Below are positions 48,250-57,294 of a stretch of 64,000 nt of DNA, one piece after another. Position numbers and translations under genes: made by a program. The stretch's first letter is position 1; the number at the start of each line of letters is the position of its first letter. This DNA comes from an uncultured Candidatus Saccharibacteria bacterium (GTDB taxonomy: Bacteria; Patescibacteriota; Minisyncoccia; Phycocordibacterales; UBA9973): assembly GCA_964634365.1 (NCBI GenBank), contig CAZWJU010000003.1, positions 36,890-100,889 on the forward strand, read 5' to 3'. Under the pieces are notes generated by a model that was given only the letters and a program-made list of their open reading frames with translations, was not told the DNA's origin and ran no database searches.

Positions 48250-48726
48250 TTATTCTACAGACAGAAGTTCAACTTCAAAAACCAAAGTTGCACCTCCTGG
48301 TATAACACCCGGGATACCACTTGGGCCGTAAGCTAAGTCACTAGGGATTGTAAGAATTCGAGTCTCTCCTACTTTCATACCTGCAACACCTTCATCCCAA
48401 CCCTTGATAACTTGTCCTGCTCCAAGATTGAATGAAAATGGTATACCTCGATCGCGACTAGAATCAAACTTAGAACCATTTTCAAGTGTTCCGACATAGT
48501 GAACAGAAACTTTGTTTCCTTCTGCTGCCACTTCTCCAGTACCCGCAACCTTAATCTCATAAGACAGACCACTTGCTGTTGTAATTTTATCCATAGACAT
48601 ATCTGTTGTTTTTATATCTGTGTTTTCTGGAGCCTTAACAGGCTTTGGAAATACACGAAAAATTATAATTAATAAAATAACAAAAACTACTATAATTACT
48701 ATATTTAAAAGTGTTTTTTTATTCAT
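48250..48726 (-). CDS. FKBP-type peptidyl-prolyl isomerase, membrane anchored
   Basis: [36 protein letters not shown]. Confidence 0.95.
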   Translation of the reverse strand: MNKKTLLNIVIIVVFVILLIIIFRVFPKPVKAPENTDIKTTDMSMDKITTASGLSYEIKVAGTGEVAAEGNKVSVHYVGTLENGSKFDSSRDRGIPFSFNLGAGQVIKGWDEGVAGMKVGETRILTIPSDLAYGPSGIPGVIPGGATLVFEVELLSVE

Positions 48727-48780
48727 TTAGATAGTATAGCCTACCTTTACTGTATAGAAAAGCGCGTATATAATTTAACT

Positions 48781-49221
48781 ATGTTAGACATAAATACACC
48801 CGCTCCAGACTTTTCACTACCCGATGAAAGTGGTGAATTTCACTCTCTAGAAGAATACAAAGGTTCTTGGGTTTTATTATATTTTTACCCAAAAGATGAC
48901 ACACCTGGATGCACAAAAGAGGCTTGTTCTCTACGTGATTATGCACTCGAATACGAACAAAATGATCTTATTGTAATCGGGATTTCAAAAGACAGTGGAG
49001 AAAGTCATCAAAATTTTATATCAAAATACAAACTACCTTTTACTCTTCTTTCAGATGAAAAAAGTAAGGTTATAGATATGTATGGAGCAAAAGGCCCAAT
49101 TGGTACAAAAAGAATTTCATATCTAATCGATCCTGAAGGTATGATCGAAAAAGTCTATACAAAAGTTGATCCTGAAAAACACGCCGAAGAAGTTTTGCGT
49201 GACCTAGAATCTCTTAGATAA
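48781..49221 (+). CDS. bcp: Peroxiredoxin BCP/PrxQ
   Basis: YFYPKDDTPGCTKEAC. Confidence 0.95.
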   Translation: MLDINTPAPDFSLPDESGEFHSLEEYKGSWVLLYFYPKDDTPGCTKEACSLRDYALEYEQNDLIVIGISKDSGESHQNFISKYKLPFTLLSDEKSKVIDMYGAKGPIGTKRISYLIDPEGMIEKVYTKVDPEKHAEEVLRDLESLR

Positions 49222-49908
49222 CTCTCCTTTGTGTTTTATAATTGCATCTAAAACCTCTTCGTGAGTATCTAAGACTTTGTAAATACTTGTGTCTGTCTTG
49301 TCGATTGCCTCGTGCAACTCTAGAACATTTGTTCTTATAAATTGATCCATCGGCCCCCAATAATCTGAACCCATAAGAAAAACTGGGGCTTTTGGAATTT
49401 TACTAGTTTGAATAAGTGTAAGTATTTCAAAAAGTTCATCTAATGTACCAAACCCTCCAGGGTAAAATATGTACGCACTAGCAGCATAAGTCAGAGTTGC
49501 TTTGCGGGCAGAAAAGTTATTGAAACGCACCGCATCAGTTACATATTTGTTTACATTTTCTTCATTTTTTAATCTAATAGGTAGCCCCAAAGATATACCT
49601 CCAGCTTCTTTAGCACCCCTGTTAGCAGCCTCCATAATACCGGGACCACCTCCAGTAACAACAATAAAATCAAGTTCTCCAGCTATTTTATAAGCTAAAT
49701 TTCTAGCATCAATATAATGTTCGTTATCTTCTTTGAAACGAGCTGAGCCAAAAAAAGACACGGAATCTTTATATCCTTCAATAAATTCAAAACCCTGTTT
49801 AAATTCTCTGTTTATACTGCAAAGACGAGCGGTATTTTTATCTTCACGACTTTCGTCTAAACATTCAATTTCTATTTCTTCTGGGGTGAGCCACTTATTT
49901 TTATCCAT
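49204..49908 (-). CDS. LOG-family nucleotide phosphoribohydrolase
   Basis: FGSAR, TGGGPGIMEAANRGA, PGGFGTLDE. Confidence 0.93.
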   Translation of the reverse strand: MDKNKWLTPEEIEIECLDESREDKNTARLCSINREFKQGFEFIEGYKDSVSFFGSARFKEDNEHYIDARNLAYKIAGELDFIVVTGGGPGIMEAANRGAKEAGGISLGLPIRLKNEENVNKYVTDAVRFNNFSARKATLTYAASAYIFYPGGFGTLDELFEILTLIQTSKIPKAPVFLMGSDYWGPMDQFIRTNVLELHEAIDKTDTSIYKVLDTHEEVLDAIIKHKGELSKRF

Positions 49909-50737
49909 TTTGTTTTGTCATAGTTATTGCCTCCTGATAAATCTGTTCTGCCAAATTTTTATCTATATTGAATTTTTCATGAATCTTTTTAGGATTAAAA
50001 AGAATCAAGTCTTGTGCAAGCATTATATTATTTTTAGCAAATATATCTAAAATTTCTGTGTTAACCGACGGCAATACAGTTACTGGAAACAATTTATTTC
50101 TAACAATCATATCCTCTAGACTATCACCTTCTGGATAATTCCACCCGGTGATTTTTATTGATCTACACTTAGAGTATTTTATAGCGGTATCTGTAAACTT
50201 AGTATTAGTGATAATCCACATTTTATGATCGAAGTTGTTCTTTTCTTTTTTATTTTCAGCTTCTTCTATATCTAAAAGTCTTGCGTGGGCATACATAACA
50301 ACAGGAACATGAGTACGCAAACCTTGTTCGTTGTGATATTTTGCTTCTATCAAAAAATGAGTATCACCTTTTTCTGCTACAACATCTACCTCATGCTCTA
50401 TACAGACACCTTTCATTATTTGATTTAGCTTAGTCTTGTAACCATATGACTCAAGAATTATACTTACGTATTTTTCAAATATAAAACCAGCTGGACCAAG
50501 CGCTGATATACCTCTACGTAAACTATACACAGCAGCTAAAGCAAGGTCTTCTTTTATCAAATAAGACAAAGCTTTTCTGTATATACTATTTGTGGTTATG
50601 TCCGGATCAATCTCTAATAATATAGAATCACAAACTGTCTTCGCCAGGTCCTTTGGTGCTCCTGAATGCTCCAGAGAAGAGCAGAGCTTATCTTTATCGA
50701 ATAATTCTTTTTCGCCGGTTGATTTTATAACTTGCAT
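49901..50737 (-). CDS. ATP-cone plus Mrr-like PD-(D/E)xK domain protein
   Basis: N-terminal VIKSTGEKELFDKDKL ATP cone; FEKY, HEVDV, IEAKY, TNTKFT. Confidence 0.85.
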   Translation of the reverse strand: MQVIKSTGEKELFDKDKLCSSLEHSGAPKDLAKTVCDSILLEIDPDITTNSIYRKALSYLIKEDLALAAVYSLRRGISALGPAGFIFEKYVSIILESYGYKTKLNQIMKGVCIEHEVDVVAEKGDTHFLIEAKYHNEQGLRTHVPVVMYAHARLLDIEEAENKKEKNNFDHKMWIITNTKFTDTAIKYSKCRSIKITGWNYPEGDSLEDMIVRNKLFPVTVLPSVNTEILDIFAKNNIMLAQDLILFNPKKIHEKFNIDKNLAEQIYQEAITMTKQNG

Positions 50738-51107
50738 AAATTTATTATACCCTGGTACAAAGCCATTACAAAAAAGATATATTTTGAAAAAAAATATCTT
50801 TATGATAAAGTCTGAAAATTATGGAGAGAATTTGGAAAATATTAATGTTGTTTGGACTTGCGATTATATATCTGCCATCTTTCCTTGTGGTTACACACCT
50901 AACTGAGACTTGGTCAGACCTACTTGAAGATTCTTTGGGTCTTTAGATATCATTCAAATAACTATCGTAAAGGGAGTCTTTTTGCTTATAGTAACTATCA
51001 GCAGTATTGATTATCTTCCTCTGGGTAAAATCAATAATAAAAGCGATTATAAGTGCATTTACAATGAGCAGAGCATAAAAAAATGGAGATTTATGTTTGT
51101 GCATATA

Positions 51108-52247
51108 TTAATTAGAAATACCCCTTCTCTCTAGTTCATTTTTTATATCTGCTAGAGCATTTTGCTTTGCAATCAAGTCTGATTCTAAGTCAGATTTGAT
51201 ATCGTTGTATAAAAGTTTATGAATCTCGCCTTCACCAACAATTCCATTCAACACACCTTTTAGAATCTCGTATTTCATATCTATACTCCACAAATTCTCT
51301 GGACCTCCTGGCCTTTTTTCTTCAGACCATTTTTTATAAGTGGATTTCAGCTTTTCTACAGGCATAACAACGAGCATTATGTCATCCACACCTCTTTCAT
51401 GCTTTCTCTTTGATTTACTGTTTAAATTTCTCTTTGATCTTTCAACCTGTTTCTTTTTAAGATCTTTTTTTGCGTCATTTAAGGTAAATTGCACTCCAAT
51501 AATTTTATCATCCTCGCTAACACCCACTGCACGATTGTGATTTTTTCGTCTAATTATAAAATCAATTTTTTGTTCTACATCTTGGTATACATCTGCTTCT
51601 TCTATTAGAAAGTCTGCACCATCAATAGATAGTTTTGCGAGAAGGCCTTTTATCATTTTTTCAGCTAAAAAACCTTCGAACTGATCTTTTGTATCTTTGC
51701 TATTTTTAATTTCAAGATATGCTTTTTGTTTGAAAGTGTCAGTTGTAACACTACTTGATTCATCTAAAATAATCTGCTCATCGAGTTTCCCTGCGATTTC
51801 TCTTTTGGCCTCATTTAAAATATATTTCTTTTGAATATTTTTTGGGACAGAAGTATCAAATCCATAAGTTATACCCCACTCTCCATCTGTTAAAATATCC
51901 GAAAGGTCTAAAAATATTTGAGTATCCTTGTCGTCAAAAAAATAAAATTTATCTAGCTTTTTATCAAAAGATACAATCCTTGTCTTACCTGTTGATTCGA
52001 TAGACTCACCTGCATCAAGTTTCCTAAAATGTTTGTGCATTTTGCGAACTATATTTTGTTTTGATTTTTGTATATTTAATATTTCCGACTGAATCTCCCT
52101 AGAGTTGCCTCTCTTTTTAGCAGACTCATCTGTTATTTTGTCCGCCTCTTCTTTTAGAGCAGATCTATCTTCTTTAGAAATTTTAACAGCAGCATCACGT
52201 GCGTGCTCATTGTATTTACCAAGTATTTTATTGAAATCTTCGCGCAT
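51108..52247 (-). CDS. Hypothetical protein with possible C-terminal PD-(D/E)xK-like fold
   Basis: GFLAEK...DVEQKIDFII...GVQFT. Confidence 0.55.
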   Translation of the reverse strand: MREDFNKILGKYNEHARDAAVKISKEDRSALKEEADKITDESAKKRGNSREIQSEILNIQKSKQNIVRKMHKHFRKLDAGESIESTGKTRIVSFDKKLDKFYFFDDKDTQIFLDLSDILTDGEWGITYGFDTSVPKNIQKKYILNEAKREIAGKLDEQIILDESSSVTTDTFKQKAYLEIKNSKDTKDQFEGFLAEKMIKGLLAKLSIDGADFLIEEADVYQDVEQKIDFIIRRKNHNRAVGVSEDDKIIGVQFTLNDAKKDLKKKQVERSKRNLNSKSKRKHERGVDDIMLVVMPVEKLKSTYKKWSEEKRPGGPENLWSIDMKYEILKGVLNGIVGEGEIHKLLYNDIKSDLESDLIAKQNALADIKNELERRGISN

Positions 52248-52250
52248 ATA

Positions 52251-52421
52251 TTAACCCAAAAATCCAAAAGTTAGAGCTAGAGTAAAAGCAATACCTAATA
52301 TTCCCAATATCGGATGAATTCTGTACAAGATAATAGAAATTGCAACTAATATTAGAAATTTTATATAACCAAAAGCTTGGATGGTATTAATAATAGGGAT
52401 CAAAAATTGTGGTGTATTCAT
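52251..52421 (-). CDS. Small 56-aa membrane protein (below the ORF-track cutoff)
   Basis: Translated by hand: MNTPQFLIPIINTIQAFGYIKFLILVAISIILYRIHPILGILGIAFTLALTFGFLG*; fills the gap between its neighbours. Confidence 0.55.
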   Translation of the reverse strand: MNTPQFLIPIINTIQAFGYIKFLILVAISIILYRIHPILGILGIAFTLALTFGFLG

Positions 52422-52439
52422 AGAAAAATTATATCACAA

Positions 52440-53183
52440 TTATTGGTTGCTATCCCATATCTTTTTCCAATCTTCTAGATTGTCTTTATGGAGATCACAG
52501 AAAATTTTAAATTCTTCGACACTGGTTATTTTTGCAGTTTTATTTTCACCATTTTTAATACCAAAAATTCTTGCTCCATCTAATGCGATTATTTTATCTT
52601 TGTATCGCAACTCGATCTGTAGATGCAGTCTCGGGACCATACCTCTCGTATCTCCACTGTTGCCAACAGTACCAATAGAGCGAGTTGTTTTTATTGGAAT
52701 ATTGGGATAAGTATGAAAGCTCATTTCGCGAAGCATTTTCTGATACTTGGTAAATTTAACTTTATATTTATCTAAGTGCATATAAATACTCCAGAGAGAA
52801 AATCCATCATCGGTCTTTATATCTTGATGAGATAAGAGTACATATTTTCCGTTTGTTCTACTAAAACCAGAATACTCAAATATCCCAGGAAGTACTGGGT
52901 ACACGAGGGTCTTGTGTTTTGCAAGTATATCTATACCAATATGAAAATAATTTGAAGCATGGATTATAGGATGAAATCTAAAACCAAAGTGACCAAAATA
53001 TTCGTCTATATTTATATCTTTAGTCTTGATCGGATAACGTAGGCCTAACATTTTACCTAGCCTATTATAAAAATCTTCCCAAAACTCATCGTATGTGAGG
53101 TCGGGAATATAGTGCTGAATCTTGTACTGATAAGATCCCGGCCGTTTTATTATCCTGTCTTCGATAGGTGGTAATACCTGCAT
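52440..53183 (-). CDS. M23-family metallopeptidase
   Basis: FGFRFHPI, HIGID (HxxxD), YMHL, VGNSG, RLHLQ (first His of HxH replaced by Arg). Confidence 0.8.
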   Translation of the reverse strand: MQVLPPIEDRIIKRPGSYQYKIQHYIPDLTYDEFWEDFYNRLGKMLGLRYPIKTKDINIDEYFGHFGFRFHPIIHASNYFHIGIDILAKHKTLVYPVLPGIFEYSGFSRTNGKYVLLSHQDIKTDDGFSLWSIYMHLDKYKVKFTKYQKMLREMSFHTYPNIPIKTTRSIGTVGNSGDTRGMVPRLHLQIELRYKDKIIALDGARIFGIKNGENKTAKITSVEEFKIFCDLHKDNLEDWKKIWDSNQ

Positions 53184-53220
53184 ATAAACAGTATACCTTG
53201 AAAAATACTTAATTAAAAAA

Positions 53221-53889
53221 CTAGTTATCTGACAAGATTTTACCGTCTTTTAGTTTAAAAATTCTATCAGCCAGAGCCGCATATTCAGGCTCATGTGTAA
53301 CCATTATTATCGTCTGACCCTCTTTATGTAAATCTAAAAAACACTGGAGCACAGCCCTTGAGGTCTCTGTGTCTAGGTTTGCCGTAGGCTCATCGGCAAA
53401 GATTATTTTTGGATCATGACTTATTGCGCGAGCTATAGCAACACGCTGCTGCTCACCTCCTGATAGCTGACTTGGTAGGTTGTTGATTCTATGCCCTAAA
53501 CCAACTCGTTCAAGTGCAACCTTAGCTTTCTCGTTAGCCAGAACAGGTGGCACACCTTGCATCAAAAGAGGAAGGCTAACATTTTCGATTGCTGACAATG
53601 ATGGCAATACTGCATAATCTTGAAATACGTAACCCAGATAATACAATCTAAACCAAGTTCTATCATCACTAGAAAGTTTGCCTGTGTCTACACCATCAAT
53701 AACAACATCACCGCTCGTTGGATGGTCTAACAAACCGAGCTGATACAAAAGAGTACTCTTACCAGAACCAGACTTACCTGTAACTGCAATAAATTCACCT
53801 TTTTTTACAGAAAAAGAAATATTATCAAGAGCAATCACCTGACTGTCTCCACTATCAAATTTTTTGAATAAATTTTTTGCTTCAATCAT
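53221..53889 (-). CDS. ABC transporter ATP-binding protein (LolD/MacB type)
   Basis: GKSGSGKST, LSGGEQQRVAIARA, ADEPTANLD; start at MIEAK. Confidence 0.95.
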   Translation of the reverse strand: MIEAKNLFKKFDSGDSQVIALDNISFSVKKGEFIAVTGKSGSGKSTLLYQLGLLDHPTSGDVVIDGVDTGKLSSDDRTWFRLYYLGYVFQDYAVLPSLSAIENVSLPLLMQGVPPVLANEKAKVALERVGLGHRINNLPSQLSGGEQQRVAIARAISHDPKIIFADEPTANLDTETSRAVLQCFLDLHKEGQTIIMVTHEPEYAALADRIFKLKDGKILSDN

Positions 53890-53890
53890 A

Positions 53891-55168
53891 TTATCTTCCA
53901 AGTATTGCACTTAATGTATTTTGTTTAATAACAATTCTAGCGGGTATAAAGCCTGCGATTATCGTAGCGATAAAAAGTATAAACGCTCTTATAAGAGTTC
54001 CTGAAACTGTAGCAACCAATATACCATCACTAAAAGGAAAGTTAATCGGGTGAGCAGCGATAAAAGGTTTTAGAAATCCAAATATAATTAGCATTCCTAA
54101 TCCAACACCGGCAAAAGAATAGAAAAGTGACTGGAGAACATAAGAAAACAAAATTGCTGATTTGGTGATACCGATACCTTTCAATATTCCAATATATCTA
54201 CGACGAGTAATTGCATTTACGAATATAACAATGAAAATCGTGATCGAAGCAACAGCAAGTCCGATAGATCCTATAACATTACCGAGCAATGCAAATGTGA
54301 CTTTTATATCTTTCAAAAATTTAGGCTGAGCTTCAACCCATGTCTGAACACGGGCCCGGCTTTCGACACCACTAGCAACCAAAGCTCTTTTAGCACTATC
54401 AGCCAAGGCAGGATCTTCTAGAGAAACAACAATCTCATCGACATTCAAATCTGTTCTACCTATCAGCTTTCTTAGTTCAGAATCAATCATGTAAATTCTA
54501 GAGTCCACATCGCCAACTTTAGATAAAACTACTCCTTTAACAATAAACTCTCTTTGATTTCCGTTTATAGTTAGTCTAACTTTTGAACCAACTTCAGTTT
54601 CTTTTAGTGTTTGAAAACCTGGGGATTCAACTGGTGTATATTTAAAAAGCAGGCTACTACCTATAAGAATAGAGTTACTGTCCCCTAGTTCTAGATATGA
54701 ACCTTCCTTTATTAAACTCGATAGTCCTGTAACTTTATCTTCTTGGATAGGATCTATACCTGCAACCAAGCCACTCGCAGAACTCACGATCTGGTTGGGC
54801 TCCAAAGTTTTTCTATAATTTTCTTCCACCTTTCCACCCTCTGTGTAGCGAGCTGTGTGGGCAACGTATCCTGGAATAGTCTCGACTATTTTTTCTACAT
54901 CTCTACTTTGTTCAATATATGCCCTGTCTAAAAATGGAGTGATGATAATATCACCTGTGTAGTGAGTTTTATTGGCCTCTTCTGAACCTTGAATAAGACC
55001 GACCAAAATACCAGAAACAACATTCAAATTTAAAAAAGTTAGAGTCATAACGAACATAATCAGGACAGTTGTCCACTTGTTTGATTGTTTTATGTCACGT
55101 AACGCAAGAAAATACCCAACTCGTAGAGAAGTTTTAATTTGTTCAAATTTTGTCTGATTAAGCTCCAT
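53891..55168 (-). CDS. FtsX/LolE-like ABC permease
   Basis: 1+3 TM topology with a large extracytoplasmic loop, IGILKGIG, PARI. Confidence 0.9.
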   Translation of the reverse strand: MELNQTKFEQIKTSLRVGYFLALRDIKQSNKWTTVLIMFVMTLTFLNLNVVSGILVGLIQGSEEANKTHYTGDIIITPFLDRAYIEQSRDVEKIVETIPGYVAHTARYTEGGKVEENYRKTLEPNQIVSSASGLVAGIDPIQEDKVTGLSSLIKEGSYLELGDSNSILIGSSLLFKYTPVESPGFQTLKETEVGSKVRLTINGNQREFIVKGVVLSKVGDVDSRIYMIDSELRKLIGRTDLNVDEIVVSLEDPALADSAKRALVASGVESRARVQTWVEAQPKFLKDIKVTFALLGNVIGSIGLAVASITIFIVIFVNAITRRRYIGILKGIGITKSAILFSYVLQSLFYSFAGVGLGMLIIFGFLKPFIAAHPINFPFSDGILVATVSGTLIRAFILFIATIIAGFIPARIVIKQNTLSAILGR

Positions 55169-55208
55169 TGATTCTATTACTATACCAGAAATTTCATTAG
55201 GTCTAAAA

Positions 55209-55234
55209 TAAAAACGGCGAATATTTCGCCGTTT
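55209..55234. terminator. Terminator after the vWA gene
   Basis: AAAAACGGCGAA-TAT-TTCGCCGTTT; T tail on the minus strand. Confidence 0.8.
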
Positions 55235-55251
55235 AAAAAGAACAAAAAGAA

Positions 55252-56061
55252 CTATCCTCCGAAGCCACCCATCGCAGTCTGACTGAAACTGGCAGCATTC
55301 TGGCTTGCACGAACAGCGCTTTGTGAGAAAAGCTGGAATGCTTTTCTGATTTCACTTTCAGTGTTTCCTGGAGTAAGGATCCATTCGTCTGGTATACCCA
55401 TCTCGCTAAACACTTTACGAAAATCAGTGCTTCCATCATCGATCCCCATAGCAGCTACGATATGGTTTTCAGTTTTGAGTAAACTGTCCACCACCGCTTT
55501 TACACTTTTCGGATTTTGTTTTTGAGAATGAACATCTGCACCGTCAGTTACGATAAGCGTAATGCTTCGAACTGGTGTACCAGAGAGAGATTCAAACTCT
55601 TCTGCTTTCACAGCCAACGTTCCCAAAAATACTACTGATTCATCGTAAAGAGGTGTTCCTCCGTTAGGATTGTAGTTGTGAGAATCCATCAAGATCGCCT
55701 GTTCAACCGGAATCCAAGGATAGAGCATTGTGCCATTCAAATATTTTGTTAAGGCCAGCACACCTTTTCCTTGTTTTGATTTTTTAACAGAATCAATCAC
55801 CAGGTTGTAACCTTTTCGAACAATCTCTGCGTTACCAGACATTCTGATTGAACCAGAGTCATCGATAAGCATTCCGATAAGGACAACTTCACTTGCGTCT
55901 ACGTTGTCAATAGAAATCCCCATCGCGTTTTGTAATTCGGCACCCATATCTGGGATATTGTTTATCGCAGATAGTGCTTCAGGAGAAAGATTTCCTGAAA
56001 GTTCAGCTTGTTTCAACAACTCCTCTGGAGTCATTGAGTTAATACTGTTTTTCGAGTTCAT
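55252..56061 (-). CDS. vWA-domain protein (TerY-like)
   Basis: MIDAS DDSGS, GGTPLYD, IVTDG. Confidence 0.85.
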   Translation of the reverse strand: MNSKNSINSMTPEELLKQAELSGNLSPEALSAINNIPDMGAELQNAMGISIDNVDASEVVLIGMLIDDSGSIRMSGNAEIVRKGYNLVIDSVKKSKQGKGVLALTKYLNGTMLYPWIPVEQAILMDSHNYNPNGGTPLYDESVVFLGTLAVKAEEFESLSGTPVRSITLIVTDGADVHSQKQNPKSVKAVVDSLLKTENHIVAAMGIDDGSTDFRKVFSEMGIPDEWILTPGNTESEIRKAFQLFSQSAVRASQNAASFSQTAMGGFGG

Positions 56062-56145
56062 AATGATTATTTAATTTTTTGAAATGAACATTTTTGTTTA
56101 TGGAAGTGCGCTACTTAATTTTTAGCGCACTTCCATTTTTTTTGA

Positions 56146-57264
56146 TTAACCCAGTAATTCGTGTGCAACGCCTGGCCAATTGGCTATATCGTCGGTTGAT
56201 TTAACAATATGCATACCAGCTGCACGGAAACGATCCATGGCTTTATTTGCTTCGTCTGTAAAATCAGCGAGAAATCCTCCGTTTCCATCAGGTACAGCTA
56301 CGGCACTTGTTCCATCTTCCAAGATATAAACTTTTTCAGCGAGTTTTGGATTGGTATTCAAAATCTCCTGTAAGATATCGTCGATTGAAGATGCAACGCA
56401 GTGACTCGAAGCCTGACCGGCAATAATTACAATATCGTCTTTCAATAAATGATCGAGGAATTTTGTATTTCTTTGCAGATTTGAAGGGTTTCCATCAAAG
56501 CGGGTCAAAACTTCCGGCTGAACTATTGAATAGTTCTCTGAAAGCGGGTGACCACCTTTGATTTCGATTGCAGGCTGGCTTGAGCGTGCATATGCATGAA
56601 ACATTCTGGCTTCGTTTACAACACCCACAAGGGTATGGCCAATTGTTCCGATCATGCAATGCTCTGGCCATAAATACAGGGTGTATTTTTTGCGACCACT
56701 GTTTGGATCTTTCAATTGTTCACAATAGTAAACACACTGTTTGTATAACCAATCAAGAGATACACCGAGCTCAAGCGCTACACGCGGATTCGGCATAACA
56801 AAATCATTGATTACATTACCAGCAAGGTCCAGGTTGATAAGATATTTTTTACCGGAAACTTCTTTTACGTCGATAAGTGTATGTGGGTTTAATTCCACTG
56901 TATCTTTATCAACAAAGAAATTAGAAAAAAATATCTGCAGCGGAAAGTGTGTGTCGAGGGTCACAGTAGTCTTTGTGATCAGGTCTACATTTTTGTAGAT
57001 GAACTGGGCGATGCGCTTCGAATCTTCAATAGCACCTACACCACTTCTTCCACCTACATAAAGTGTCCCCTCTGGGTGACAGAAGTCTCTTTGCATATCG
57101 ATCAAAAGTAAATTGATTTTTACCTTGTCGCTAGCAGAGGGCTTCAGGTTTACACTTTTTGCGAATTTAAGAGCCTCGCTCTTAACACGAGCCAAATCTT
57201 CATTGTAGAGAAAATTGGCTGCATTGTCTGGATTATAGAATCCAGGAGTTTTTACATTTTTCAT
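56146..57264 (-). CDS. Nicotinamidase-like isochorismatase-family hydrolase
   Basis: IDMQRDFC, LDTH, WPEHC, EIKG, GQASSHCV: PncA-type Asp/Lys/Cys triad and metal ligands. Confidence 0.85.
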   Translation of the reverse strand: MKNVKTPGFYNPDNAANFLYNEDLARVKSEALKFAKSVNLKPSASDKVKINLLLIDMQRDFCHPEGTLYVGGRSGVGAIEDSKRIAQFIYKNVDLITKTTVTLDTHFPLQIFFSNFFVDKDTVELNPHTLIDVKEVSGKKYLINLDLAGNVINDFVMPNPRVALELGVSLDWLYKQCVYYCEQLKDPNSGRKKYTLYLWPEHCMIGTIGHTLVGVVNEARMFHAYARSSQPAIEIKGGHPLSENYSIVQPEVLTRFDGNPSNLQRNTKFLDHLLKDDIVIIAGQASSHCVASSIDDILQEILNTNPKLAEKVYILEDGTSAVAVPDGNGGFLADFTDEANKAMDRFRAAGMHIVKSTDDIANWPGVAHELLG

Positions 57265-57294
57265 AAAAATAACAATTTTGTTTGTGAAAAAAAA

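Noticed and set aside
49901-50737. NrdR repressor or restriction-modification system
   Set aside because: The ATP cone lacks the NrdR zinc ribbon and is fused to an Mrr-like domain; no methyltransferase is adjacent.
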